Assembly: GCA_963699545.1 (NCBI GenBank)
Contig: CAVOUE010000003.1
Coordinates: 704,001-768,000 of the forward strand
Direction of reading: 5' to 3'
DNA length: 64,000 nucleotides
Source: Nitrospirota bacterium
GTDB taxonomy: Bacteria; Nitrospirota; Thermodesulfovibrionia; Thermodesulfovibrionales; UBA9159
This document shows positions 41,569-53,263 of the stretch, one piece after another (the stretch's first letter is position 1; every line of letters starts with the position of its first letter). A model generated the notes under the pieces. It searched no databases. It saw nothing but the letters and a program-made list of their open reading frames with translations, and was not told the origin of the DNA. The position numbers and the translations under genes are program-made.

Positions 41569-42273
41569 CTACTCTCCGAGATCGGGCCTGTAGAGCGTTA
41601 CAAGCCGGGAGACCAGCACCGCGATAAAGAAAACTCCGGTGATCCCCTCCAAAATGGCGAGCGAGCGTGCTAAACCGGAAACCGGAGTGATATCTCCAAA
41701 TCCAATGGTGCAAAGCGTGACAAAGCTGAAATAAATGAAATCAGGAGCATCCTTTGCCGCTGGTGATGACGCGGCACTGCCGGTTGAGAAGGCCTCCGGC
41801 TGGAATTCGAATACCAGCCCATAGAGGGAAGCCCAGGCAAGCCCGATCAACAGGTAAACGCTGACTGCTCCATAGATCTTGTCTTTTGTGACCTCCCGGC
41901 CACGCAGAACGTATCCCAGTATCCGTATAAGCGTGAAGACATAGAACGCCGCAAGGGAAAGTATTACCGGAAGATCGAAGGACAGCACAGTAGGAATATC
42001 GAGGCCGGGCGGGCGAAAAATCATCGTTGTTCCCGCCAGGAGCGTGTTGAGAATACCGATCGAGACCGCGGTCGCGATATGTCTCTTCGAGTCACCGACC
42101 GCGTATACTCCGGTGATCAGCGTCATCGTATTCAGCGCCAGGATCAGAAGGGGTCTTTCGGTGACATAATGATAGGACAACAGGAGAATTATCAGGAAAA
42201 GCATGAGGAAGTGACAGCGTTCCTTGATCCGCCTGGGAAATTGCTGGGTTTCCACCTTCCGTTCCTCTGTCAC
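41569..42273 (-). CDS. Potassium-channel family protein (Ion_trans_2)
   Basis: YFSFVTLCTIGFGDITP pore motif. Confidence 0.88.
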   Translation of the reverse strand: MTEERKVETQQFPRRIKERCHFLMLFLIILLLSYHYVTERPLLILALNTMTLITGVYAVGDSKRHIATAVSIGILNTLLAGTTMIFRPPGLDIPTVLSFDLPVILSLAAFYVFTLIRILGYVLRGREVTKDKIYGAVSVYLLIGLAWASLYGLVFEFQPEAFSTGSAASSPAAKDAPDFIYFSFVTLCTIGFGDITPVSGLARSLAILEGITGVFFIAVLVSRLVTLYRPDLGE

Positions 42274-42428
42274 CGTCTTTTCCCCATATCTTCAATTATA
42301 AGGTCTCTTTCTGTTTTTGGCAAAAAAGATGGCTTTCTGGAAAAAACAACTACAAAATAGTAATATGGATAGGCAGCCAAGCCATAATGAAGAATAATCC
42401 TTATCATCGTCAAAGGGAAGTGAACGTT

Positions 42429-44879
42429 ATGCGGCCAGTGAACTGGCTTTCCAGGGGGATTGAGGACAATTGCTATGCAAAGCGGAAGCCGAAGGGCCTT
42501 TTAGCCGTCCGCTGCTGGCTCTGTCTCATCATGCTGCTGGCTTTTGTTTCGGTTGCATCCGGTCAGAAGCTTCCTTTTCTCAGTCCAAAGAGCGAAACGA
42601 ATCCGACGTCACAGGGAAAAGTCGCTCTCCCGGCAACCGAGGAAGAAATTGACAAAACCATAGCCCAGCTCGAAACCCGGCTAGCGGAGGTCCGTCAGCT
42701 GTTCAGTGCGGCAACCGAGGTGTTCAGTGCAGAACACGCGGGTCTGCTCGCGGCAACATCCGATGAACTGCGGAAACGCCGAAAGCTCTTGAGCGAACAG
42801 GTGCTTACCTTGGACAAGGGTGTGGAAGTCTTGCGGGAACTGAAGGAAATACGAAAAACAAACCGCGAACGCGCCGCGGAGATGAAGGCCTGGCAGGGAT
42901 TCGCCGAGAAGCCTCCCTTTCCCATTTCCTTTCTCGACAACCTGCGCGACATCATCCTGGCACAGAAGCTCGACATTCAGACACTTGAAATGAGGCTCTC
43001 GGTCGCAAAAGGTGATCTGCAGAACTTTTCCAAAGGCCTGAAGGAAAGCCAGAAAGACGTTCGTCTTGCAGAGGAACGCCTTGAGAAGAGCAAAGGGACT
43101 TCCACAGAGGCCCGGCAGCGCTGGCTGCGTGACATGGCGCAATTGCAGAACGACCTGAACGAGGCCGGGACCGCGTCATCTGAAACCCAGCGGCTTGCCC
43201 TGGAAGAGGCCCTCGCAGGCCGGAGAGAGTTTATCGGATTTCTCGAAAAAAACTTGGCTGTTGCGGAAAGGCTTTCTCCCCTCTCGAAGACGGACCTCGA
43301 TCTGAAACTTCAGGAGCTGGACGGACAACGAAGGGCGCTAGATACTGAACTCGGTCAGGCCCTGAAAAAAAAGATGGATGTAGAGAAGATCCTGCGGCAG
43401 ACCCGTGAGTCACTGACCGCTGTTCAGGAAAAGTTTGATCCGGGCCGGCAGCCCACCGCAAAGCAGCTCAACGAGTTGAGCCTCCTCCAGTCCCATATTG
43501 CAGCGCAGGAGATACTCGCCGAGACCACGAGCGCGACCGTCGAGATTCTGAAAGGCTTGATCCGGTTGGTGGATACCGCTCAGACGATATGGGAAGACCG
43601 TTATTGGCTTATCAACAACCATGACCTCATGAAGATCAGGGAAAAGTCCGACCAGCTCCTGCAGACACTGAACGGGATCCAGCTCTGGAAAAAATTCATC
43701 CAGAACAGGCTGTCGAACTGGGTTGCCCTCGTCCAGAGCCAGAGAGAGAAGATCGAAAAGACGGACAGGACGGAGACAGAGCGTCAGGATGACCGCATCA
43801 TTCTGAATGCCTACGAGGAACGCCAGGCGATGCTTTTGAGGGGTTCTGAGTCTCTCACCCGTATCGAACGGCTCGCGAACCGGCTCGATGCCGAGCTTAA
43901 GGAGCGGCAGCAGCACGCGCCTCTTCAAGGCCGCCTGAAAGAATCGCTCACGATTGCCTGGTCCTTCGTGAAAAAGATCTGGAATACCGAACTCTATGTG
44001 GCTGAGGAGACGGTTATTGCCGAGGGCAATAAGATCGTGAAGCCCATCAGTGTCACCCTGGGAAAGGTGCTCCAGGCACTCTTGATCTTGCTTGCGGGCA
44101 CATGGATCGCACGCTATCTTATGAGGCCCATCAGGTGGGTGATCATGAGGACGTTCGGAAAGGATGAAAGCGCTGCAGGGCAGGTGAGCAAGATGGTGTT
44201 TTCCCTCTTGCTCATCGGGGTCATTGTTTTCTCCCTCGTCTCTGTGAATATCCCTCTGGCGGTATTTGCCTTCCTTGGCGGCGCGCTGGCCATCGGTCTC
44301 GGTTTTGGGGCGCAGCACCTCATCAATAACTTCATCAGCGGATTGATCCTTCTCTTTGACCGTTCCATCCGGGTGGGAGATGTGGTCGAGGTGGACGGCG
44401 AGGGAGGGAGGGTGACCGCCGTCGGAATGAGGAGCTCCCTCATCAAGCGTTTCGACGGTGTGGAACTGCTGGTGCCCAATAGCCATTTCCTTCAACAGAA
44501 GGTGACAAACCGGACGCTCACGGACAACCGCGTGCGCTACTCAATATCTTTGGGCGTTGCATATGGCTCTCCCACACAGGAAGTATCGAAACTCATTGTA
44601 AAGGCTGTCCAGGACCACGGCCTTGTGTTGAAGGACCCTCCGCCTGTCGTACTGTTCGAACAATTTGCCGATAGCGCACTCACCTTCTCCGTCTATTTCT
44701 GGCTTCACCTGGAGCCTGACAGAGACAACCGTATCATTTTGAGCGATATACGTCACCACATTACTACGCTCCTCGGTAAGGCCGGGATTGTTATCGCATT
44801 CCCGCAGCGGGATGTACATCTCGACTCGGCAAGACCGATAGAGGTCAAGGTCGTCCCTTCGGGAAAGAACCCTGATTAA
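42429..44879 (+). CDS. MscS/MscK-like mechanosensitive channel with long periplasmic coiled coil
   Basis: GLGFGAQ..NNFISG, IRVGD, VPNS, IAFPQRDVH. Confidence 0.92.
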   Translation: MRPVNWLSRGIEDNCYAKRKPKGLLAVRCWLCLIMLLAFVSVASGQKLPFLSPKSETNPTSQGKVALPATEEEIDKTIAQLETRLAEVRQLFSAATEVFSAEHAGLLAATSDELRKRRKLLSEQVLTLDKGVEVLRELKEIRKTNRERAAEMKAWQGFAEKPPFPISFLDNLRDIILAQKLDIQTLEMRLSVAKGDLQNFSKGLKESQKDVRLAEERLEKSKGTSTEARQRWLRDMAQLQNDLNEAGTASSETQRLALEEALAGRREFIGFLEKNLAVAERLSPLSKTDLDLKLQELDGQRRALDTELGQALKKKMDVEKILRQTRESLTAVQEKFDPGRQPTAKQLNELSLLQSHIAAQEILAETTSATVEILKGLIRLVDTAQTIWEDRYWLINNHDLMKIREKSDQLLQTLNGIQLWKKFIQNRLSNWVALVQSQREKIEKTDRTETERQDDRIILNAYEERQAMLLRGSESLTRIERLANRLDAELKERQQHAPLQGRLKESLTIAWSFVKKIWNTELYVAEETVIAEGNKIVKPISVTLGKVLQALLILLAGTWIARYLMRPIRWVIMRTFGKDESAAGQVSKMVFSLLLIGVIVFSLVSVNIPLAVFAFLGGALAIGLGFGAQHLINNFISGLILLFDRSIRVGDVVEVDGEGGRVTAVGMRSSLIKRFDGVELLVPNSHFLQQKVTNRTLTDNRVRYSISLGVAYGSPTQEVSKLIVKAVQDHGLVLKDPPPVVLFEQFADSALTFSVYFWLHLEPDRDNRIILSDIRHHITTLLGKAGIVIAFPQRDVHLDSARPIEVKVVPSGKNPD

Positions 44880-45020
44880 AATATCTTAATCTTGGTTTTT
44901 GTTGTTGTGGTTCACACAGTGACATGATATCATTCTTGAAGGAAGTCGACTTATCACATGTCCGACCGCTCTCTGAAATAGGTTCTCTTATTGACAACAG
45001 AGCACAGCAAGGAGGATGCA

Positions 45021-45728
45021 ATGAAAGTGAAGTTAAGAAATGTATCAGGCTTGGGAGTTTCGGTAAGTGCAATTCTGTTCGTTGTTCTCGCCCTCTTCAC
45101 CCTGAATGTTCCTGCGGTTGCATCGGACCACGATGATGCCCAAAGCATCGTCGACAGGGCGCGTGTCACCTTCGAAGACCTGATGCGCGACCCAAACTAT
45201 ACATGGCTTCACAGTCACCTGAAGGAGGCGAAAGGCGTCCTGATCTTTCCCCAGGTGCTCAAGGCAGGTTTCATCCTGGGTGGCTCGGGCGGCACAGGGG
45301 TCCTCGCGGTGAGAGATCAGAGGACAGGGGATTGGAGTCAGCCGGCCTTCTATACCATCGGCGCTGTGAGTTTCGGGCTCCAGATCGGCGGTGAAGCGGC
45401 GGAGGTTGTCATGATGGCCATGAGTCAGAAGGCGATTGATTCTCTCTTTGCCTCTTCGGTGAAGCTTGGCGCAGATACCTCCATCGCCGTCGGTCCTCTT
45501 GGGGGCGGCGCAAAGGGGAACATCACCGCTGACTTCATTTCCTTTGCAAAGTCCAAAGGGCTCTACGCAGGGTTGAACCTGGAAGGCTCGGTAGTGGATG
45601 TGAGAGACAGCATCAATAAGGCTTATTACAGCAGGGACGTAAGGCCGGTGGAGATCATTGTGAAAAAAGAGGTCAGCAACTCAGGGTCGGCCGCTCTTCG
45701 TGCAGCGCTGAAAAAGGCGGCCAGGTGA
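45021..45728 (+). CDS. YSC84/SYLF lipid-binding domain protein
   Basis: KAGF..GG.GG.G, WS.PAF, S.G.QIG, KGLYAG..LEG. Confidence 0.9.
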   Translation: MKVKLRNVSGLGVSVSAILFVVLALFTLNVPAVASDHDDAQSIVDRARVTFEDLMRDPNYTWLHSHLKEAKGVLIFPQVLKAGFILGGSGGTGVLAVRDQRTGDWSQPAFYTIGAVSFGLQIGGEAAEVVMMAMSQKAIDSLFASSVKLGADTSIAVGPLGGGAKGNITADFISFAKSKGLYAGLNLEGSVVDVRDSINKAYYSRDVRPVEIIVKKEVSNSGSAALRAALKKAAR

Positions 45729-45788
45729 TCTGCGCTCGGTTACGAGCGTAAGGATCACCTAGAGAAAGGTGGAAAACAAGCCTGTCCA

Positions 45789-48043
45789 ATGAGAATGTGT
45801 CCGGAAAGGGATAAAGCGTTGGGAAAGATCCGGGGCATCTTCTGCCTCTTCCTGCTCGTTTCTGCTGCGGGATGGATCACCCCGTCCGGGGCGGAAGCCT
45901 CGGAGGCGGAGCGGGCGAAACGTCCGAAGGTCGGTCTCGTGCTCGGCGGTGGCGGGGCAAAGGGCGCTGCTCATATCGGCGTTCTGAAGGTTCTGGAAGA
46001 GCAGAAGATCCCTGTCGATTACATCGCGGGTACCAGCATGGGCGCGATCGTTGCGGCCCTCTATGCATCAGGCCTTTCTGCCGGCGAGCTCGAAAAGGTG
46101 ATTACCGCAATCGACTGGAAAGATGTCTTTTCGGGCAACCCGGACCGTCGGGACATCGACTACCGACGGAAAAGGGAAGACTACGAGATCCTGTACCGGT
46201 CTCTCTCTGGGCATCAAAGACGGCAAGCTGGTCATGCCCAAGGGCCTCATCAAGGACCAGAAGGTGAATGTGCTCTTCGAGACGCTCATGCTCCACACTT
46301 CGGATATCGATGATTTCGACAAGCTGCCGATCCCCTACCGGGCCGTTGCCACAGACCTCGAAACCGGTGAAATGGTGGTGCTCAAGGAAGGGCGGCTTGC
46401 TGATGCTGCACGGGCCAGCATGTCAGTGCCCAGGCGCATTCCCCCCTGTTGAACTGGACGGCAGGCTTCTGATCGACGGTGGCATCGTCCGGAACGTCCC
46501 CATCGACATCGTGCGGGACATGGGAGCAGATATCATCATCTGCGTCGATGTCGACAAGCCCCTGGCGACGAGGAAGGACCTCGGCATGAAGCCTTTCGAT
46601 CCTGAACCAGATGATCGACATCATGATGAAGAAGAACGTCAAGGAGCAGATCAAAACCCTCGGCCCGAAGGATGTCTATATCAATCCCGATCTTGGAGAG
46701 CTCAGTTCCAGGAGATTTTGACAAGGCTGCAGAGATCTCCCGTCTCGGGGAAAAGGCTGCCCGGGAAAAGATCGATAGCCTGAAGAGATATTCTGTTTCG
46801 GACAGCGAATACGCTGCTTTTGCTGCGCGCCATCACCGCGAACAGATGAAAGAGGTGAAGATCGCCTCGGTGAAGATCGAGATAGAGGGAGAGACGAATA
46901 TCTCGCCGGAGGTCGTAGCAAGCAGGCTTTCAATAAAACCCGGTGACACGGTTGACATCGAGAAGCTGAAGCATGAGGCCGGCATCGTATACGGCACAGG
47001 CGATTTCGAGCGCGTCGACCTGAATGTGAAAAGACAGAGGACGGCTACGAACTCAACGTAAAGGCGAAGGAAAAGTCCTGGGGGCCGAATTACCTCCGCT
47101 TCGGCATGGCACTGGAGAGCAATTTCGAAGGAGCGAGCAGCTACAACATTCTTGTGGATTACACGCGGCGGTGGATGAACAGCCTGGGCGCTGAATGGAA
47201 GACACAGGTCAATCTGGGTAACCCGATGGGTATCTACTCTGAATTCTACCAGCCTCTTTCTCAGGAGCGGCTCTTTTTCATATCCCCGCATGTTCAATGG
47301 AAGCAGGAGCCCTATGATATCTGGGTCGGCAAAGACAGGGTGGCCCAATACCGCGTAGTAAGCTATCAAGGTGAGATTGATTTAGGCATCCAGCCCTGGA
47401 TGTATGGCGAAGCAAGGGTCGGCCTTCAGTTCGCCAAATTCAGGGCGAACCAGAGGATCGGTGACTTTGACCTGCCGGAAAACCATGCAACGCGCGGTGC
47501 CATTGTCGCCGGAGCAAGGCTTGATCAGTTAGACAATGTGAATTTTCCCCAATAATGGGTATCTGGCACAGGTCAGGTCCATCTCTTCCCTGAAAGCCCT
47601 TGGCTCGACTGACGAATACTACAAGGTCCAGGGAGCCATCTTGGGCGCAGTCACCTTCGGAAAGCAGACGGTTCTAGGATCCCTCTCAGCCGGAACGCAT
47701 ATTGGCAATGATCTTCCCTTCTATGATCAGTTCAGCCTCGGCGGGTTATTCAATCTTTCCGGGCTTCTATTCCAACCAGATCTATGGGCAGCATATGGCG
47801 CTCGGAAGGTTGATCACCTACCATAGGGTGGGTACGTCGTTCATCGGCGACCTTTATCTGGGCGGGTCAATCGAAAGCGGAAATGTCTGGAATGATGACG
47901 ATAAGTTCGATCTCAGCAAACTGCGTCTGGCCGGAAGCGTCTTCGTCGGATACGATACGATCTTCGGTCCTCTGTACCTTGCCTTCGGGCATGCTGACGG
48001 AGGGTACAATGCCGGGTACTTCTATCTCGGCAGGACGTTTTAG
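45789..48043 (+). CDS. Patatin-POTRA-beta-barrel protein (PlpD/type Vd-like), several frameshifts
   Basis: GGGAKG.AHIG, GTSMG, DGG; POTRA-like segment; barrel ending GPLYLAFG...YFYLGRTF. Confidence 0.85.
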
Positions 48044-48335
48044 TGAGGGCGGTCCCGCCGCAGAATCGTCTGGACAGGGTACGCGAGAGGATCCCTCAAC
48101 AGTGTGATGACCACCACATACCATTCCCCGAAAGGGAAGGTCCAGTTCGAGCTCTGGGTGACGGGGACGGTATCCTCCTTCGCCTTCAGGAACCTGGAGG
48201 CACTGGGCATCAGGGTCACACAGGACGTCGATACGAATGGCGAGTTTATGGATTGAGGCTTGTGAGGATGCTCTTTATCCACTATAATTCATTTAGGTGG
48301 TTATTCATCAAATCGCTGGCAAAGGAAACAACTCA

Positions 48336-48977
48336 ATGAGAACACGAGTTCTGCTGTTACGGTGGTTGACCCTGCTTTCTGCAGTGGCGGTGTTTTCCTG
48401 CGCCACGCCGAAGGCTGAACTGACTTCTGTCTGGAAAGATCAGACCTATCAGGGCGGGTACTTCAAGAAAGTACTCGTGATCAGTGCTGCCCGAAAGGAG
48501 ACCATCAGGAACTTTTCAGAGGATGAGTTCGTGAGGCAGCTGAAAGGGCGCGGGACTGATGCGATCGCGAGCTACACGATGATCCCCTTTGAGAAGATGA
48601 TGGACAAGGTCGTCGTCGCTGAAAAGATAAAAGGATTGGGGATCGGGGGTATTCTCGTGACGAGGGTGCTCTATACGCTGACCGACGCTCCCCCCCTTCG
48701 CAAGCAGCCGAACTGGAATGAGTTCTATTCGGACAGTTTCGGCAACGATGACCGGGCGGGCACCGGGCCCCCCGGCAGCCAGGGACTCACCGGTCCCAAG
48801 ATATCCCCCGGGAAAATGATGGCGCGTATCGAGATGAATCTCTATGAGACCGGGAGCGAGAAACCTGCCTGGTCAGCCTCATCTGATATTCCTGTGAAAG
48901 ATGATCCCAGGGACGAGATCAGGGCATTTGTCAGTGTTGTGCTTCAGGAGCTGTCTCGGGAGCGGCTGATTCCGTAG
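48336..48977 (+). CDS. Putative lipoprotein, paralog of 23954-24562
   Basis: Lipobox FSC; shared EDEFVR.LK.RGTDA.ASYT. Confidence 0.7.
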   Translation: MRTRVLLLRWLTLLSAVAVFSCATPKAELTSVWKDQTYQGGYFKKVLVISAARKETIRNFSEDEFVRQLKGRGTDAIASYTMIPFEKMMDKVVVAEKIKGLGIGGILVTRVLYTLTDAPPLRKQPNWNEFYSDSFGNDDRAGTGPPGSQGLTGPKISPGKMMARIEMNLYETGSEKPAWSASSDIPVKDDPRDEIRAFVSVVLQELSRERLIP

Positions 48978-49176
48978 AGTGAAACAGGACGAAGCCATGA
49001 ATGCCTCAGGGGCGATAATTGCGTGGGCCTGGAAGGGAAGGCAGAGGAGAATTGAGAGAACATTTTATTTTGGTTCGTGGTTGATGATCGCAACCCGGCG
49101 TGAAGGGGGTGAGACTGGGAAAGGCCTTTTTTGTTATTGCGGTGAGGTTCCAAAAAATCATGCGGGAGGTGTGGAG

Positions 49177-49866
49177 ATGCAAATGAAAGCTGCAATGAGA
49201 GTGTTCATGGTCGTACTTGCCGTGTTCTCCCTGAGCGTTATGTTCGGATGTTCCGGCATGGAATTCGCGCCCAAAGACCCTTATCCGTACTGGTACTATC
49301 CCAAGGAGCTGCCGGAGGCGGGCAGGGCTATAGCTGAGGCGCGTCAGGCCGGCAAGGACAAACAGTGTCCTGCAGAATTCGAGGCTGCAAGGGATTTGAA
49401 GAAGAAGGCCTATGAGGTGTACGCTACATGCAGGACGCAGGAGGCGATCGCCCTGGCCAAGGAGGCGACTGCGAAAGCAAAGGCCCTTTGCGGGCAGAAG
49501 GTCGTGGACAGGATGACCTTGCATGTCAACTTCGACTTTGACAAGTCTGATATCAGACAGGCAGATGTAATGCAGTTGCAGAAGGCCGTCGCCTTCGTCA
49601 AGAAGTACCCCGGTTCCCATGTGAAACTGGAAGGGCATACCGACGGTAAAGGGACCGAACAATACAACCAGAGACTTTCTGAAAGAAGGGCGGAAGCGGT
49701 AAAGCAGTACCTCATTAAAGAGGGTGCTGTTAACAAGACCAAGATTACCGCAACAGGCTATGGCAAGACAAAACCCGTTGCGCCGAACACGACAAAAGAC
49801 GGTAAGGATGATCCTGAAGGACGGGCAAAGAACAGGAGAGTCGAGATCCTTATCATGGCTAAGTAA
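49177..49866 (+). CDS. OmpA-family peptidoglycan-binding lipoprotein
   Basis: MFGC lipobox, FDFDKS, EGHTD, LSERRA, NRRVE. Confidence 0.92.
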   Translation: MQMKAAMRVFMVVLAVFSLSVMFGCSGMEFAPKDPYPYWYYPKELPEAGRAIAEARQAGKDKQCPAEFEAARDLKKKAYEVYATCRTQEAIALAKEATAKAKALCGQKVVDRMTLHVNFDFDKSDIRQADVMQLQKAVAFVKKYPGSHVKLEGHTDGKGTEQYNQRLSERRAEAVKQYLIKEGAVNKTKITATGYGKTKPVAPNTTKDGKDDPEGRAKNRRVEILIMAK

Positions 49867-49889
49867 GTCGTGTAAAACAAAGTGAAATT

Positions 49890-49927
49890 CGCCGGGGGAG
49901 GGTGGATTGATCCTTCCCCCCCGGCGG
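49890..49927 (+). terminator. Hairpin after the OmpA-family gene
   Basis: CGCCGGGGGAGGG...CCTTCCCCCCGGCG; no U-tract. Confidence 0.4.
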
Positions 49928-50054
49928 GCTCATCGAACAGGCCACGGGCTCGTCAGCCATGGCAAGCATTTCACCTCATGTCCCTGGGGGGAGTACGCTT
50001 TTGTGCGGACCGCGATGTATATCCCCCTGCTCGACCGAACCTCCAACATTTATC

Positions 50055-50107
50055 TTGACAAACATATTCACCGAGGTTATGATTTAGTCATCTAATGGTC
50101 AGACCAT
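50055..50107 (+). promoter_or_regulatory. sigma70 promoter with FadR/GntR-type operator
   Basis: TTGACA-17-TATGAT; perfect palindrome ATGGTC-A-GACCAT at 50095-50107, just after the predicted start site. Confidence 0.8.
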
Positions 50108-50200
50108 CAGATTGATTGGCCAACAGGGAAGATGTACCGTTTTGTGGATAGGATGTTCGCAGCCGTGAGATCAGAAAGCATTCATCAGGAGGTTCTGTTC

Positions 50201-50359
50201 ATGGAAAAATGGAGATGCATGACGTGCGGCTACATCTATGACCCAGAGGAGGGTGACCCTGATTCCGGCATAGAGTCTGGAACTCGATTTGAGGAGTTGC
50301 CTGACGACTGGGTCTGTCCGAGATGCGGGGTGAGCAAGGAAATGTTCGTAAAGCTATAA
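50201..50359 (+). CDS. Rubredoxin
   Basis: [27 protein letters not shown]. Confidence 0.97.
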   Translation: MEKWRCMTCGYIYDPEEGDPDSGIESGTRFEELPDDWVCPRCGVSKEMFVKL

Positions 50360-50373
50360 CAGACGGATGGGTC

Positions 50374-52512
50374 ATGCAGGAGCCGGTAATGGCGGTTGAT
50401 CTGGAACTTACCGTAAGCGAAGCATTTATCGAAGATGTCGGACAAGGATGGGCGCGTCTTGATGCAGATGATATGAAGACGCTGAGCGCGACGCTGGGTG
50501 ATCTCGTCGAGATCTCGGGCAACCGAAAGACCGTCGCGCGTCTTACCGCGACCTCCGACCAGGACAGGGGGAAGAAGGTCATTCTGATCGACGGTCTTAT
50601 CAGGGAGAATGCGCAGATCAACGTCGGAGAGAAAGTGAAGGTTTGCAAGATCCTCCGTAAGACCGCAACAGGTGTTGTCCTGTATCCTTTGGATATCGAT
50701 GGTCCCCTCCCCGGTGACGCCGAACTGGAGTACTTTGGAAAGGTACGACAGGGGCTCCCCATTATCTCTGGTGACAAAATCAATGTTCCGCTGTTTGGGG
50801 GAAAAGACCGTTTCTTCAGGGTGGAAGGAACATCGCCTTCCGGAGGGGTGATCATTAGCCAGCGTACCAAGTTCCTCTTGCAGAGGCCGGACTATTCCCC
50901 GGAGAGGGGTGCGAAGGTCTCGTATGAGGATATAGGGGGGCTTGAGAGAGAGCTGAAACTCGTGCGTGAGATGGTGGAACTCCCCCTGTACCACGCGGAG
51001 GTGTTTGAGCTTCTGGGGATCGAGGCTCCCAGGGGGGTGCTCCTCTACGGTCCTCCCGGCACGGGCAAAACGCTTATCGCGAAGGCCATTGCCGGCGAAA
51101 CAAAGCTCCATTTCATAAAGGTCGACGGCCCTGAGATCATTCATAAGTTCTACGGGGAGAGCGAGGCGAGGCTGCGGGAAATCTTTGAGGAGGCATCGCA
51201 GAATGCGCCGAGCGTTATCTTTATCGACGAGATAGACGCCATCGCTCCGAAACGTGCAGATGTTCTTGGGGAAGTGGAAAAGAGAGTCGTGGCGCAGCTG
51301 CTGGCACTCATGGATGGTATGGTCTCCAGGGGGCATGTGATCGTGGTCGGTGCGACCAATATTCCTGAGATGATAGATCCAGCCCTCCGTCGCCCGGGGC
51401 GATTTGACAGGGAGATCGCCATTCCCGTTCCGAATGAGGGGGGACGGCTCGCTATCCTGAAGGTTCACAGCCGGCGCATGCCGCTCTCACCTGACGTGAG
51501 CCTCGAACGCCTTGCCCAGATCACCTATGGTTTTGTTGGAGCTGATCTGGAGGCATTGTGCAAGGAAGCAGGGATGGTGACGCTGCGGCGATACCTCTCC
51601 CTCTGCAGCAACGGTGATTTTGATTTCAGGAGCACCCCGGAACATCTTCGTATTACCATGGAGGACTTTCTGAAGGGCCTCCGCGAAATAGATCCCACCG
51701 CGACCCGTGAGTTCTTCACCGAGAGGTCCACGGTGAAGTGGAAGGACGTGGGCGGCCTCAGGGAGATCAAGGAGACCCTCGTTTCCGTAGTGGAATGGCC
51801 GTACAGATATCCGCGCCTCTTCGCGGCGGGCAAGGTCTCGCCTCCCAGAGGTATCTTCTTTGCCGGCCCGTCAGGAACCGGCAAGACACTTATGGCAAAG
51901 GCCCTGGCAGGTGAGACGGGGCTGAATTTCATCTCCCTGAGCGGACCGATGCTTTTCTCGAAATGGCTGGGGGAATCGGAAAAGGCTCTTCATGAGGTTT
52001 TCAAGAAAGCAAAACAGTCCGCGCCCTGCATACTCTTTTTTGATGACATAGATGCCCTGGTGACCAGACGGGGTATCTCCGGCGAGAGCGGGGCGGCAGA
52101 ACGCGTGTCGAGCCAGTTCTTCAACGAGCTGGACCGGTTGAGCGATCTTTCGCAGGTTATCGTCCTGGGAGCCACGAACCGCGAGGATCTCGTTGACCCT
52201 GCCCTGCTCCGTGCGGGACGCCTTGATTTTATCCTCAGATTCCCGGTTCCAGGTGAGGAAGAGAGATTAGAAATATTCAGAGTGCATACGGAAGAAAAAC
52301 CCTTGAGTGCTGATGTGGATCTGAAAAGACTGGCCGGCGAGATGGAAGGGATGGTTGGTTCTGATATAGCATCTGTCTGCAAACGGGCTGCCATGTCGGC
52401 TATTGCGGAGATGATCGGTACGCCTCATGAGGGAACCCCGGAGAAACTCTCAGTGTCCGCAGCTCATTTCATGGCTGCCGTACGTGAGGTCAGGGGCCAG
52501 AATGAGAGGTAA
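50374..52512 (+). CDS. CDC48/VCP-like double AAA+ ATPase
   Basis: N-domain, [40 protein letters not shown]; the second Walker B reads DDID. Confidence 0.93.
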   Translation: MQEPVMAVDLELTVSEAFIEDVGQGWARLDADDMKTLSATLGDLVEISGNRKTVARLTATSDQDRGKKVILIDGLIRENAQINVGEKVKVCKILRKTATGVVLYPLDIDGPLPGDAELEYFGKVRQGLPIISGDKINVPLFGGKDRFFRVEGTSPSGGVIISQRTKFLLQRPDYSPERGAKVSYEDIGGLERELKLVREMVELPLYHAEVFELLGIEAPRGVLLYGPPGTGKTLIAKAIAGETKLHFIKVDGPEIIHKFYGESEARLREIFEEASQNAPSVIFIDEIDAIAPKRADVLGEVEKRVVAQLLALMDGMVSRGHVIVVGATNIPEMIDPALRRPGRFDREIAIPVPNEGGRLAILKVHSRRMPLSPDVSLERLAQITYGFVGADLEALCKEAGMVTLRRYLSLCSNGDFDFRSTPEHLRITMEDFLKGLREIDPTATREFFTERSTVKWKDVGGLREIKETLVSVVEWPYRYPRLFAAGKVSPPRGIFFAGPSGTGKTLMAKALAGETGLNFISLSGPMLFSKWLGESEKALHEVFKKAKQSAPCILFFDDIDALVTRRGISGESGAAERVSSQFFNELDRLSDLSQVIVLGATNREDLVDPALLRAGRLDFILRFPVPGEEERLEIFRVHTEEKPLSADVDLKRLAGEMEGMVGSDIASVCKRAAMSAIAEMIGTPHEGTPEKLSVSAAHFMAAVREVRGQNER

Positions 52513-52513
52513 T

Positions 52514-53223
52514 ATGCTGAAGGCGGTCGAAAAAAAGCGGGCATATGAGGACATCGTCAGGCAGATCTTCGACCTCATCGAGAAGGGAAGGCTGAAGAAA
52601 GGCGACCAGCTTCCGACCGAAAGAGAACTGACGGATACCTTCAAGGTCTCCCGCGCCACCGTGCGGGAGGCGATCCGCACCCTGGAATCCATGAGACTTG
52701 TGGAGAGCAGGCAGGGCAACGGCACCTATGTCCTCGCCTCAAGCGAAGAGACCCTCGTGCAGCCTTTGGCAGCAGCCCTTTTCTCTGAGAGGGACGACCT
52801 CATCGACATCTTTTCGCTCCGCAGGGTCATCGAGCCGTATATCGCTCAGCTTGCGGCATCGTATGCGACGCGTGACGAGATCAAAGAGCTCGAAGAGATA
52901 GTGCAGGAGCAGGAAAGATTCTTGAAAGTGGTTCAAATATGATGAGGACCGATTCCGCCTTCCACAGCAGTCTCGCCGGAATGACGAAGAACCGGATACT
53001 GGAACGTCTTCTGCTTGCCATTGTTGACCTGTTGGCCCAGACCCGTGAAGAGTACCTGCAGAATGAGGAGCGGGCGCACAGCTCTCTTCGCGGGCATCAG
53101 AAAGTCCTGTCGGCTATTAAAGATGGTGATTGCGCCGCTGCCAGGGAGGCGATGCTCCATCACCTGGACAGCGTAGAGGGGCTCATATTCAAGAAGAAAA
53201 AGGGAGGTGGGAGATGCGAATAG
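52514..53223 (+). CDS. FadR/GntR-family regulator (frameshift near 52920)
   Basis: LPTERELT..F.VSR.TVREA wHTH; FCD domain (D..FH, H..VL.AI..GD...A..AM..HL) in the next frame. Confidence 0.9.
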
Positions 53224-53263
53224 TGTCGGGTCGGGCATAGGGATTATTTTACATTGTTTAAAC

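Noticed and set aside
48040-48339. Overlapping 80-98 aa ORFs after the patatin gene
   Set aside because: No recognisable motif or convincing SD; coding status is unsupported.
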